From Epiperipatus broadwayi (lineage: Eukaryota; Animalia; Onychophora): DNA of 64,000 nucleotides. This document shows, one piece after another, positions 41,125 through 54,059 of this stretch. Each line of letters begins with the position of its first letter. Position 1 is the first letter of the stretch. Under the pieces are notes generated by a model. That model was not told the origin of the DNA and did no database searches. It saw only the letters and a list, made by a program, of their open reading frames with translations. The translations under genes were made by a program, and so were the position numbers. The stretch lies in NCBI GenBank assembly GCA_028023455.1, contig JAQFVV010000002.1, forward strand, positions 33,356,001 to 33,420,000. The letters are read 5' to 3'.

Positions 41125-42030
41125 AAACACACCATTTTTTTTTCCATTGAGAAGAGACTGCTGTTTTATTTGAGGTCCTTGTCTGTTTCAGTTATGTACT
41201 GCCATCTGGTGATCAATTTAAAGGAACTGTTCTTTCTTGTTCTCTATCTGATCATCAATCAGTAACAAGTAAATTATAAAAAACAAACATGTATGCTTGT
41301 GTATATGTACGACTATATATATATACACACATGTACACATATAAAATCAGAGTACTATACTTAAAAATATTTTTAAACTATTTGGAAAGGGGATAAAGAA
41401 TTAAGGACTTGGACTTTTCCTTCCACCATTTGTTTTTAATCCTTTTTTTCTTCTCTTCTCCAATTTACTACTCCTAAAAGCTCAGTATTGAGGGTGGACT
41501 TGAGATATTATATATTCAATTTCACTTCATCTGGCATGTATACTTTATAAAGAGAAACAGAAAAATATTCCACAGTCATAAAAATCAAATTCTTTTCTAT
41601 CCTATATGTTAAGAAGTTAATGATATTAGAAATATTTTTTCTCTTCTTTCTGTCATGTCTTATTGTTTTTTTTTAAAGACTGGGATCATATTGTTACGTT
41701 TCTACCTTGAACTAAATGCAGTTTATAAGTGTGTAATGTGTATGTATATATATGTACAATCCAAAAAATTATATATTTTAGATATATATATATACACACA
41801 CATATATATCTATACACACTTGCAAACATTAAAAAAAAAAAAAAAATTGGCAAAGTCATTAACTATTTTTTCTAATCGCAAGTGGCAAAAGATTTTTAAA
41901 TTTATTTATGGGGGTCGGATTATTAATGGAGATATTAATGGAAACGAGTATGATCCATCTGTCGAATTTTGATTTCTGTTTTTATTTTGTATTTTTAATA
42001 AATTAATTTATGTAGCACTTGTATATTAAA
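41125..42030 (+). other. Candidate terminal 3' UTR exon of YY1
   Basis: A strong acceptor (22-nt pyrimidine tract, ag at 41123-41124), no recognisable transposon inside, UTR-like U-rich and TA-repeat composition, and AATAAA at ~41998-42003. A matching unused donor TG|GTAAGA lies at 33298/33299. Confidence 0.35.
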
Positions 42031-44059
42031 AAAAAAATATTAATAACCTTGTAAGTTCATTATTAGTTACCTTTGGTTGGTTATACTTCGTAAAAAAGAA
42101 GTCGGTAAGAGCAAACTGAATAAAAGTCAAAATGATTAAAATATATTACATGTAATAATATAAGTAGTAAGAATGTGTATATTTGAAAAGATTGATTTCA
42201 AGTGAGATCATTTTATCATTAATTTTTTTTTTCCTTTATTAAACTTTTTTTAAAAAAATAAATAAATAAAACAATCAAAAAGTAATATTAATTGTAAAAT
42301 ATTGAACTATTGAAAAAGCACGGGTCAAATTTCATTTATCGGTAATCATATGATAGATAAGTTGATAGTTGTATCCAATTGTACATATTCAGATATTATT
42401 TCAAGTTCTTTTGGATTTTATCAGTCTACCTCTCATCAATTTCAGCATATTAAGACTATCCGTCAGCACAGATCTCTCTCACTACACGTGTACTTCTTCA
42501 ACCATCGCTCATTAGATAAGCCATATGTATCGGACACTCCCATGTTTATAGTTAAGGTATATCTTATTCTTGATTGTCATATACGTAAGTAAATAATTGT
42601 AAAAAACAAAAATTACATTTTTATTAAATAAGTCTCAGAAGAAATAAAATTACATTGGTTAACTTGTTGAATATAAAAGTATGTACATTTATAATGATCG
42701 GTTGTTGATACAAGTTTTCAAAAGTAAATATAGTCCTTCAGTTGTATTTAACAAAAGTCCCCTATCAATAAATTTTATTTTAAATACATTATTAATCATA
42801 GTAGAAATGTAGCCTGTTTTGTTTTTGTTTACTCCTTCAAAGTAATATAATTGATTTACAATATATGGTATCATAAATATATCGTCAAGCAACAATTTAG
42901 TTCCAAGAAAAAAATGTTATTTTCAGTATGATGACGCCATGACACATCACAACAGTGTTGGAAATTATCTTTTTCCTGGAGAGTGAAGACGAAAAGAAAC
43001 TGCAACTTTTATTAAGATTGCCTAATTTAACATCATTAGACTTTTAACTTTGAATTGGGAAATTAGCAATTATGGATGCTGCTTGATCGCAATTCGTAAT
43101 ACCGATTCTATTCCAAAATGTTACTGATAAGTATTTTCAGTATTTGTCACCTTAAATGTAAAGGGAGAAAGTGATAGTTTTAATTATCACCAAAGCTAAA
43201 AACCATTCAAAATACACATATATGTTCCATATATGTGTGTGTGTATATATATATTATAATGGAAATAAATGTGTGAATAGCAAATACTAAATTATCAAGT
43301 TTCGTGTTATGTATAGAATAAATGAAATGGCTAAAATAAAAATAACTTTGGAAAACTAGCAGATATCTTTAAATCTATCAGACTTCACATTGGGCTGACA
43401 TTTTTATATAACAGAAATAGTTGTTTTATACGTCCATTTATGGTAGAACTTGGTCTACACATTTTTTATAGTTATCATTAACTTAATTTTATTGTAATAC
43501 AGAAACAATGTAATCTGATCTGTAGGACACCACAATGCTAACTGGTGATATATATACAGAAGGCAATTAAACATGCATGCTCGCACACATTGTTAGTCAA
43601 ATTCAATTTTGAAATGAAGAGTACATAAATCATCGGAAAATCAAGATTTTGGAATGAAGATAATGAAAGGAATATGAATTTTATAAAACATTTAATAGAA
43701 TTGAAAATAAATACATACAAAATGTATATAAAGAAAAGCTTGGTTTAATACTTTAACAGCATGGATTGCTAAGCATGCTTCTTAGTAGCTGGTAATCATA
43801 TTCATAGTAATAGTTGTCCAAGAAGTTGTGACTTTTATGAAAGAATAAAGAAGAGTGGGGATTTGCATAAAATTTGAATATAGGATGTAAATAAGTTAAT
43901 TTAAATGAGCCACATTTTTAATAGTGAGATGCAGGATTTTTTTTTTGATTGCATGTATATTGTTTGTCATTATGCCAGGCCTCTTTATCTTCACATTTAG
44001 CGTCATTTCTTTTGGAGAAGACAATGTCGGCAGATGTAGGTTGAAACTGTGACCCTGTT

Positions 44060-44770
44060 TAGACTCATCTTCAAGAAAAATGGATTTAACCTTGGCCTCA
44101 AAGCATTTTTATACAGAAACTATATTATATAAATTTGAATCCAATCAAAAACTAATTTCAAAACATATCAATGATTTACATAATATTGGATACAAAGATT
44201 TAGCTCTCATTCAAATCGTTAAAAGATTTTGTGCTAAAATTAGGAATAGACCTATTCAAATTAATGAAAAATCTTGAGTATCACTTCTATACTTACCCGG
44301 GACTACCCATTGTATAAACAAAAATCTACGCTGAAACATGCAGAGTTGGCCTTTGACCCCTCCCGTCCTGAAACATTTTTATTAACAGTATGAAAGACAG
44401 TCTGTTCCCAGAGCAGAATTTCCAAGTTGTGTACAAAATTGTATGCCACAACACAAACTACCATGCAGTGTATTACAGTGAATTGCATGCCAGTCTATCT
44501 CCAAGAATTGCGCACCACAGATACTAATAATGAGATTAAATCTATTTTCCTTGAACTCTAGTCTAAATAGAGTCTAAGTTTCAAATCTACATCTGCTAGC
44601 ATTGTGAACTCCAAAAGAAATGATGCTAAACATAAAATTAAAGAGGCCTGGCATATTGCCAACAATATACACGTAATCAATAAAAAAGAATCCTGCATCC
44701 CCCTATCAAAAAAGTGGCTCATAACTTCTTGGAAACTTGCTATGAATATGACTATCAGTCAAAAGCATAC
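44060..44770 (+). mobile_element. Penelope-like element 3' remnant (GIY-YIG endonuclease)
   Basis: Translation gives QVVYKIVCHNTNYHAVYYSELHASLSPRIAHHR and HKIKEAWHI. It is similar to the 35 kb PLE remnant. Confidence 0.8.
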
Positions 44771-46701
44771 TTAGGATATCATGTTATTAAAATAATTAAT
44801 CAGGCTTTTCTTTATATACAGTGGTGGTTCGTGTGAAAGTCTGAGTTTGAACCCTGAATATATTACATATATAAATGCAGGTTTAAGCCTGTACAAGGTA
44901 TTATATACATTTTATAAGTATTTATTTGAATTACATTATTCTGAGAAAAGTTTTTAAAAGATTGAAGTAATATTTAATAGAATAGCTTAATATGTATGTA
45001 ATTGATGGAATAATCTATTCTCCTGACTTTGAATAAATAAGTCCTTTTTGAGAAAGGATCAAGAATAGAATGGATCCATTTGTTCTTTAAGCTTTTAATA
45101 TTATACTTGCCAACACTGATGGAAATGCAGAATGAATTCTGTATATCAGCCAGATGAAAACATTGCATTAATAATTATTAAATTTTTGTAAATTATACAA
45201 GAATGGAGACTGAATCTCATTTTTACCTAAATAGTTAAGAGGTCTGTTATGTGGCTGTTTATTTCAGAGATGTGGTAACTCTGTCGCTGTAAATCGCCCT
45301 TTCTAACTTCCTTAACTGATATTAACATTTTTTTAAATTCTAAAACTGCAATCAAGAGTAATATTTGCTTATTAATTTTAAAAAAAATGTCTCAAGAGAT
45401 CAATATTTTATAGATTTTTGAAAATCAATGAATTTTTTTCAATTGTTCTTGGAAAAAAGTACAAAATGTTGTCTGATTTTTTCTTTGGAATCTAGTTCTT
45501 AAAGCACTTGTGATAATTTTAGAGTAACATATTTTTTGTAAGTTTATTAAATATTTTGGATTATTTTTAGCAATAATTGTTTAATAATTATTTAAAAAGA
45601 ACACATGAATACATTTTGATTTTATGTTTAAGAATAGAAGTTAAAAAATTTGATTATAATGTTAACAAAGAGAACATACTGTATTAAGAAGTTAATGCCT
45701 TATTATACTAATCATGCAACTAAATTCATTACCTGTCAAAATCAACATTGTGTTAGAATCTTCCATAGATATTCTAAAAATTATAAATCAATTTTAAGAA
45801 TTTGATAAATTTATCAGACATTATTTATTTATTTACATTTTAGAAATTTACAATAAAAAAAAATTATGTTGATTTTCTCAAGTGTTTTCCTTCAGATAGT
45901 TGAATGATATATTACTTTCTTTGTTCTTATTTGCGATTCATTATTTTTCAATATTTGCAAAGTTTAAATATGATTTTTTAGAATGTTTTTCTTTTTGTAA
46001 AATTAAATTAAAAAAGAAATCAAGTCCAATTTATTGAGTTATAGTATAAAGTATACAGAAATGAAAGATTGAGCATTGACAAAAACCGCCATCAGATGTA
46101 ACAATAGACAGCGTCAATCTTATATTAATAATCAAACAAGTTAATAATTGTAAGTATTAAATTAGCATAACTATGAAATTAACCACTCCCCTTCACACTA
46201 CTAATAAATAACATTGGACAAGAATAGGATGAATCCACATATTCTTTAAGCCTTTGATGATTAGCTTATTTCTGTCAATATTGATTGAAATATAATGAAT
46301 TTAAAGTATCAACCTGATGAAAACATGGCAGTAATTATTAATATTCTTGACTCTTTGTCAACAGTATTATCTGATGAGAGATTGGTTTCCTTCATTAATT
46401 ATATATATTGTATGCAAATTTAATGTTTATAATTATTAACTTCTATTAAATTATTAAACAATGATTGTTAAAAATGAGATTCAGTATCCATTCTTATATA
46501 ATTGACAATTAACTCAATGATTATTAATGCCATGTTTTCATTTGGCTCATATATTGAATTCACTCCATATTTTCATCATTGCTGACAAATGTAAGTTTAT
46601 AAACAGCAAAAGCTTTCAAAAGAGATGATTATAATTTGAATGAAGAATGGTTTACACCATGAATTAAATTTAACTTGAGAATGCAAAAAAAAAATTTACT
46701 T

Positions 46702-47057
46702 TGGTACTGTTCTATTAGCTCGTATCAGCTGGTTAGTGGCGCTATTTCTATGTAAAAACATAAAAATATGCTGCTTTTTGTTTACAAGTTCAATTGTTTT
46801 TAATTGTTGTTTATTGATGTTGAAATTGTTGTTTCCAAGCAAGAAATACATATCGAGATTAGTTATTTCTTTAGTATTTATTTCTTAATATATTTTATTT
46901 TTCAATTGATTAATTTGTTTTTTTTATTTATTAATTTTGTTTATATATAATGATAATAATCGTTATATCTATGTTGGCCCAGTAATGTTATATCTATGTG
47001 TCTTTAGTTAGCAACAATGCCATCAAGCGACTGACACGAGCTAATAGAACAGTACCG
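46702..47057. mobile_element. 356-bp MITE of the same unclassified TIR family, 6-bp TSD
   Basis: The TIRs are TGGTACTGTTCTATTAGCTCGTATCAG and CTGACACGAGCTAATAGAACAGTACCG. TTACTT flanks both ends (46696-46701 and 47058-47063). Confidence 0.85.
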
Positions 47058-47342
47058 TTACTTTTAATTAAGAATAAAAATTATTCCTAAAACAGATATT
47101 GATAAACGAGCATAACCTGAATTTTATTATTAGAATTATTAATAGTTCATATTAAACGATATCCATATGTAGATTTATTATGTTTGATATTTAACATTAG
47201 AATTATTAAAACAATCACACTTATTAGATTTCCAAATAGTAATAAGTTTATAAAGTATGTTAAATAAATTATTTAGTAGATTAAGTTTGAAATGACTTTG
47301 TAACTTATAGTGTCAGTTCAAACTTTGAGATTTGACTTTGAT

Positions 47343-47605
47343 GATATATCCATCCATCATCATCATCAACCATTATCAATCCACTGCAGGATGGTCTCTC
47401 CAAGTTTAATCCATCTTTTCCGATCTTTAGCTTCTCTTCTCCACATCACCCCTGCACACTTTCTTATTTCATCCATCCATCTCACATGTGGTCTCTTTCT
47501 GGGTCTTTTACAATCTCTTGGAATCCCGTTTAAAATTTCAAATGTCCATCTATTATCATCTCTTCTAGCAATATGTCCAGCCCAACTCCACTTCAATCTT
47601 TCTTA
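47343..47605 (-). mobile_element. RTE-type LINE 3' end
   Basis: The ORF MKWSWAGHIARRDDNRW...RPRKRPHVRWMDEI...DRKRW is the RTE RT C-terminus, followed by a (TGA)n tail. Confidence 0.9.
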
Positions 47606-49548
47606 AATATTTTCTCATTTTTTTCATGCAGTTTAGGACTAATGAATAATAAAAGTGTAATCACTAGTGTATGTAGTTGTAACAAATGTATTAAGGAAGA
47701 AAAATTCAATCGCAGTCAAAAAAATTTCTGATCTAATGATACTTGATAAATTTGTTGAAGTTTGCAATTTCAAAATCCGTGATATGACTAATTCTTATTG
47801 ATGAAGTATATAGCAATAGGTAGAATGCAATCTTATAAACGGATCCAAAGGATTGTTTTAACCGAGTGTCATTTTAAAATTCATAGCTGTGCCATCAGAT
47901 TATGGTAAGAGCATCGGATTTCAGATGTATTTTGCACAAGACTACTGCATGCTAACCTCTTTACTAATGAAACTCTGACTTAAAACTCCTCTACTTCAAA
48001 TTTTTACAATCAAATTTATTTCAGAATATACTTTTTATCTTATTTTCTAACAATGAGATTTCAAGAGTATATACTTTGTCAAACCTATGTATTTCATTAA
48101 CGATTGTATGATTTAATAGTCTTCTCTCCCCGTTCCTTTTTTTCTTTAATCTTTGGTAGTTATTTTTTTGACCATATTAAATGTGGTTTTGGCTAGACAA
48201 CGCCATCAAGCGGCTTGTATTGTCAAAAAAAAAAAAAACGTAATCTTTATATATTTTATCTTTTTTAGACAAAAGACTTGGATAATTTTTTAGCATTATA
48301 TGGTCTGATTATGTTTTCAATATCAGCTACTTCCATTTGAATTTTATCTTGCCTTTATATCTTACAGCAAAGTATTAATCATTTTACAACTTCATTATTA
48401 TACCATTTATAAATTTGATCAAACTTTTATCATTTTATATAAATTACTTTGCCATTTGTCCACATTTAAAATACATCAAAATCTAGAAGCCATCAATATT
48501 ATGACTTTTAGTATTCAAATCAGTTGTTCTCTACATTAGTTTGAAAAGATTTTCTTTTAAAGTTTGTGTTTTTTCATTCATTTTTTTGCAAATTCCCTGT
48601 CAATCTTGTTATTTCTATTTTCTATATTAAGTGATGTTTGATTCTTGAGCTGGTTTGACATTCATTCTCAATATCTTTCTTTGTATCATCTTTAAGTGAC
48701 AGATATTTCTTGTCCATCCATTCTTTCTCTATTTCTTTTGCATTTATTCCTGTACTTTTGCACATTTTATTTTTATCTTCCTTTCTCATCTTGTTTCTTA
48801 TACTTTTGGACCTTTTTGTTACTTTTTTCTTTATCTTATTTATTTTTTTAATTTTTATCTGTCTTGTTCATTTTTATATATATATATACTTTTTAATTTC
48901 TTCCATTTTTTAAATTATTTATTCGAATGGCTCTTCATATTACTTACTATTTCTCCTGTGTGTATTACCGACTATGATGCAATAATTCTTATTTAATTAA
49001 TATACTAAATTAATACTTTGAATCAATCTTTGGTATTGGCTTGGGCCATCTATTCATTAAAATTATCCTTTTTCAACTAAACTTAATTTTGATTGTCTGA
49101 ATTATTTTTTTTAAACTAAATATTCTTAAAACTATCATTTTTGCAGAATATCTTCTTTTTTTTTTTTTTTGCCCTATGTCATCATTAATTCTGTGAGGTA
49201 GAAGTCAAAAAATTACAGCATAGTTCAAGTATATCTGGGATATTTTCTTTACTAGTATATGCTAAAACTTAAAAACATTTCAATCTTGCATTTCTTTATA
49301 TAATAAAATACCTGTTTCAGCCACACTACAGAAATTAAAGAAAGAAATATAAAGAATAAAAAATATATTCAAAAAAATTGTCTTTATTAATCAGAATCTT
49401 CAATACTTGGCTTTACAACGTATTTGTAATAATCCAAAATACAGCAAAACTCTCCATATAGTAGTGCCATCTTGTGGTAACAAGAGCAATCAATGGATGC
49501 CAGAAGGCTTGTGCATAAAATCCCTATCTAGTGCCTACTCATCCAATA

Positions 49549-49590
49549 TCCCCAGACTAGTTTCTGGCTTGTGGCCTTCATCAGTGAGGA
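49549..49590 (-). ncRNA. Family A minimal hammerhead ribozyme, consensus-intact
   Basis: The reverse strand reads TCCTCA-CTGATGA-A-GGC-CACAA-GCC-A-GAAA-CTAGT-C-TGGGGA. Confidence 0.8.
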
Positions 49591-49986
49591 GCCTTGGATC
49601 TGAGAGCACTGCACCTAGATCTTAGGATCTAATGCAACCCTCCAGCACCCACCTTTTAACTCTATTTAACTACAAAATTATGAGAATGAAATTGAAAATA
49701 CTATTAATATTTTCAACTCAAGCTCAATAGCTTATATAGTCATATGTGTCTGAACTCAATTCAGTACCCATACATTTTGGTGTCTTTGGCTCTTTAACAA
49801 CCATAGCCACCACTATCCTATTAGGCAGGATTGGTGTTAAAGCACTAAACATCACATGATCACTATCTCATACTAGCACAATAATTGTTATTAAACAATT
49901 CAAAATACAGCAAAACTCTCCATATAGTAGTACCATCTTGTGCATTAGATCCTAAGATCTAGGTGCAGCGCTCTCAGATCCAAGGC

Positions 49987-50028
49987 TCCTCACTGATGAA
50001 GGCCACAAGCCAGAAACTAGTCTGGGGA
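49987..50028 (+). ncRNA. Family A minimal hammerhead ribozyme, consensus-intact
   Basis: Stem I TCCTCA/TGGGGA, CTGATGA at 49993-49999, stem II GGC/GCC, GAAA at 50013-50016, palindromic stem III ACTAGT, and a GUC cleavage triplet ending at 50022. Confidence 0.8.
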
Positions 50029-51714
50029 TAGTGGATGAGTAGGCACTAGATAGGGATTTTATGCACAAGCCTTCTGGCATCCATTGATTGCTCTTGTTAG
50101 CACAAGATGGCACTACTATATGGAGAGTTTTGCTGTATTTTGAATTGTTTAATAACAATTATTGTGCTAGTATGAGATAGTGATCATGTGATGTTTAATG
50201 GTTTATTTGTAATAATCGTATGCTCAAGGCATAAATATTTTGACAAATGCCTTATTTTAGATGCATAGTAACATCACACATCCTTACAAAACCAGTTATA
50301 ACCAAACTGATAGCTTAAACGTGTTAGCCATGCACAAACATGCAACTAATTATGATCTTGAATCTATGCATGATATCTAACGATGTCTAAAAAGATTGCT
50401 TGCATATCTCAAATCCCCCATGAACTTCTGCAGGGCTAATCATTTCTGCCTAATAACTAAAACAATTTATATTTTAATATTTCTTTAATGATAAACTGAA
50501 TATTTATGTCCCAGCATATTTGATACACTGGGATGGCAATAAAAATATATAGTATAGCAAATTTAAGTATGGGAAAGCCAATTTTATAAAATGGTATTTA
50601 TGTGCAAATGGCAGGTAACTATGAGACTTCATATACCAATTTTTTAAAGTTTGTACTTCCATTTACGATCTAGTTATTTTTTATAATTATCACCCAGATT
50701 TATTTTGTAATACAAAAACAATATTAGATTACCCAATGCTGGCTGGTGACATATGGAAGCCAACGAAATGCACTTATCTATATCCTGATTGGCTAAACCC
50801 TCAGTAAAAATGTAATATCAATGATAGACAAAGATGTTAGAACATAGAGTACAAAAATAAAAATTACAATTAACTGACAAAATAATAATTGATATGCAAG
50901 TTGGCTTTTTACAATTTAACTTATGAATATACTAATTATACAGCGCTTCGAACGCTCTTTGGTGAAGTTAGAAATATCAAAATTAAATATCAGGCTTAGC
51001 GCTTTCGAGATCTTTTATCCTCATATTCATAGCCGAAGAGTTAGAAACGTTATTGTCAATAGAAAGACAACACGATCACTAAAGGTGAATAACTGGAAAA
51101 TGACTAGATTTATTAATAGTTCAAAATATTTTAAGGACATCCGTATGCAAGACTTTCCATGGAATGTAAAGTTAAACAAATTATTTAATAGGAAATGAAT
51201 ACTTTGAAACTTTTATAACCTATACTGCCAGCCCAAACTTTAAGACTTGAATTCAAGGGTTCATTCATCAATATTTATCATTTTCTTAGTTTTTCTTGAT
51301 GTAGTTTAGCATGAGCAACTAACTATAAGTACATCCTAAGATATTTCTGAGCTCAATAACTTTAATTGATGGGATCCTGTCATCTAACGGTATTTTGCAT
51401 AAATTTGTTGAAGCTTATACTCTCAGAATCCAGAAATGGGACTAATTCTTATTGAGTCAGAATATAGAAAAGACCTCAGCAATCTGACTTACGAAGTTAG
51501 GCGTCACTTTAAAATCCACTTGCAAGTAACAAAATGCGAACTACTGTTCTCCAACAAAGTTGAAGTTTCTCAACAAAGTTCTGTACATGCTTCAAAATTT
51601 TACAAAGAGAACCAGTTTCTGTTTACAAATATAGCTACATTAAAATTCGCACCAATAGATTAATTTAGAATAGGAATAACTAACTAGTCTTAGGATTTAA
51701 AAGAAAACTCCATG

Positions 51715-51960
51715 AATCATCACCATTATCTATCCACTTCAGGATGAACATTTCTCCAAGTTAATCCATCTCCAATCTCGTCTCTCTTCACATCACTCCA
51801 ACCCACTTCCTTATTTCATCCATGCATCTCACATATGATCTCTTTCTAGGTCTTTTAAAATTTCTTGGAATCTAGTTGAAGATTTCATTTCAACTGTCTA
51901 TTATCATCTCTTCTAGCATTATTTCCAGTCCAATTCCATTCAGTCTCTTAATTCTTTTAA
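51715..51960 (-). mobile_element. RTE-type LINE 3' fragment
   Basis: Homologous to 47343-47605. Confidence 0.8.
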
Positions 51961-53382
51961 TAAATTGAATAACAGATAAGATGACAATATTTGTCTACAT
52001 TTAATCTTATATTCATAACTACAACTAGATATATTTCAAGATATTTTTTTTTAAAAATCAATATAAAGTAACTATATATTATATCACTAAATTTACTCAT
52101 CATTTCTGGTAATTAGTGAAATATAATGTACCTAGCATACTTTTGATATGGAAATATTCTATGTCACCAATATGTCATTTTCGTATAAAGCATACTAAGT
52201 ATATTAGATTTGCTACAAAAAATTTTAAAAAATACAGAGGAAGAAACTTTTATCGGCAATCTCTAAGTCAGTCCTTTAACTATTCTCATCAAAATTTGTG
52301 ATCTATATATAAAGTCAAAATTATTTTTTTTATAATTAAAAGTATATTTCTAAATAAGTTAATAGTAATATTTGTGTATGCATAATTACCATCCAAGGAA
52401 TTACGTGGAATTATTTTAAAAATGTATCCAGCCAATTGCACTACAACTAGTACTTTTTAAAGAGCTTTAATAGTTATGCAGACAAATGAAGTCATTTTAA
52501 TTTGAAAACATACATTCCATTGGGAAATATAATTCAAAGGTAATTATTTTAGTTCCAGTATTTGCATATCTGTACATCTTTCGATCTATCATTATACAAT
52601 ATTTTGAAATATATAAACAAGGTATTTGTGAAATATTTATTAGAAAGATTATGATCTTTTGTTTTTTTTGTTAATTTCAAAATTTCTTAATTTTTTTCCC
52701 CCAATATGCTAATTTTTTGGCAGACATTAGATCAAACTACAGGGAAAACTATTAACAAGTTACATATTGTGAATAGTGGAAAATGTATATATAAGAACTT
52801 GAATGAATTTTTTGTTGTTTCTCTACATTTTAAAGTTTCTATATGATAAGCAATTAATTTCTAGTATGTTTTTTTAAACAGTTTAAAAATCTTATATTCA
52901 TGTAATCCAAGAAAGTAAATGTCCAGAATTTTAATATTAACAGCTTGTCTTAAATTAAAATTTGGGATACGAGTTGATGACATTTGTTTCTGTTTTTTTT
53001 TTTAATTTGATGGCAGGTTAAGGAATTAACTGAAAATACTTGTGAGTTGAAAGACTGTATATAATAGTTAATTACGTTATATTTATTATTTTTATTGTTA
53101 TTACAATGGTTTTTTAATGAATATTTTGTCATACATACATATATAACTATAATCTCATTTCACAAAATATAAGCACAACTATATATGTATGTTTATTAAA
53201 GTAAGCAAGTTCTAATCTTATCCAGTAAGCTATTAAAATGAGGCTGGCACTTAAGACCAAGATTTTATAATTTTTTCCTTATCGGCTGAATTAGACCCAA
53301 ATATCATTCAGTTCATAATTCAATAGCAAAGAATTTCTAAGTATATAAGAAAATTCCCCATTCTTCAAGATATGAAAGAATT

Positions 53383-53609
53383 AAAACAGGCAAAACTCTC
53401 CATACAGTAGTGCCATTCAGTACCAACCAGAGTAATCAATGGATGCCAGAAGGCTTGTGCATAAAATCCCTATCTAGTGCCTACTCATGCAATATCCCCA
53501 GACTAGTTTCTGGCTTGTGGCCTTCATCAGTGAGGAGCTTTGGATCTGAGAGTTTTGCCTGTTTTAATAACAGTAATGTGTTAGCATAAGAAATAGTGAT
53601 CATGTGATG
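53383..53609 (-). mobile_element. Family A truncated copy with short inverted end
   Basis: ATTAAAACAGGCAAAACTCTC pairs with GAGAGTTTTGCCTGTTTTAAT. The TSD TGAAAGAATT occurs at 53373-53382 and 53610-53619. Confidence 0.9.
53495..53536 (-). ncRNA. Family A minimal hammerhead ribozyme, consensus-intact
   Basis: Same 42-nt core as 49549-49590. Confidence 0.8.
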
Positions 53610-54059
53610 TGAAAGAATTGTAAAGTGAAGATAAGATTTGGGCCAACGATGTGAACAGGTGAGACTTCTGAATCATGATCTTGTATATCCATTTCAATTT
53701 TTCATTACTTTGATTACTAAATTTGAATAAATGGCATCATTACATCTTGAATGTTTATAATAGATATATATTGAAATTTGCAAGCAAATAGTAACAAATG
53801 TTAGATATTATTAATCTTCTATGAAAATTTATCACAATATGAATTATTTTCTTTTATATAAATGTCTATTATAATTACGTTTCTAAGAAAATTTGAAACA
53901 TTTTTTCATTATTAAAGAATATATGACTTTTTTGCATTGTATGAATGTAACCATATTTGATACTTTAATGGTAATAAAAACTTAAGCGAGCATTTAATAG
54001 AATTTTGTGTGAGTATATATAGGTAGAAAACATTTCTGCAATAAAAAAAAATGCAACTA

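Larger units (their letters stand above)
49435..50203. mobile_element. Family A composite insertion: head-to-tail repeat plus inverted arm
   Basis: The unit start AAAATACAGCAAAACTCTCCATA occurs at ~49436 and again at ~49902 (period ~465 bp), with inversion at ~49943. The TSD TATTTGTAATAATC occurs at 49421-49434 and 50204-50217. Confidence 0.92.

Noticed and set aside
44010-44090. GAAGA...GTTGAAACTGTG as a hammerhead next to the PLE remnant
   Set aside because: CUGA is missing and stems cannot be formed convincingly. The same applies to GTTGAGGAA...TGAAA near 55990-56010 (-).
50750-51700. CpG-containing segment as a THAP/transposase remnant
   Set aside because: No recognisable catalytic or zinc-binding motif in any frame by eye.
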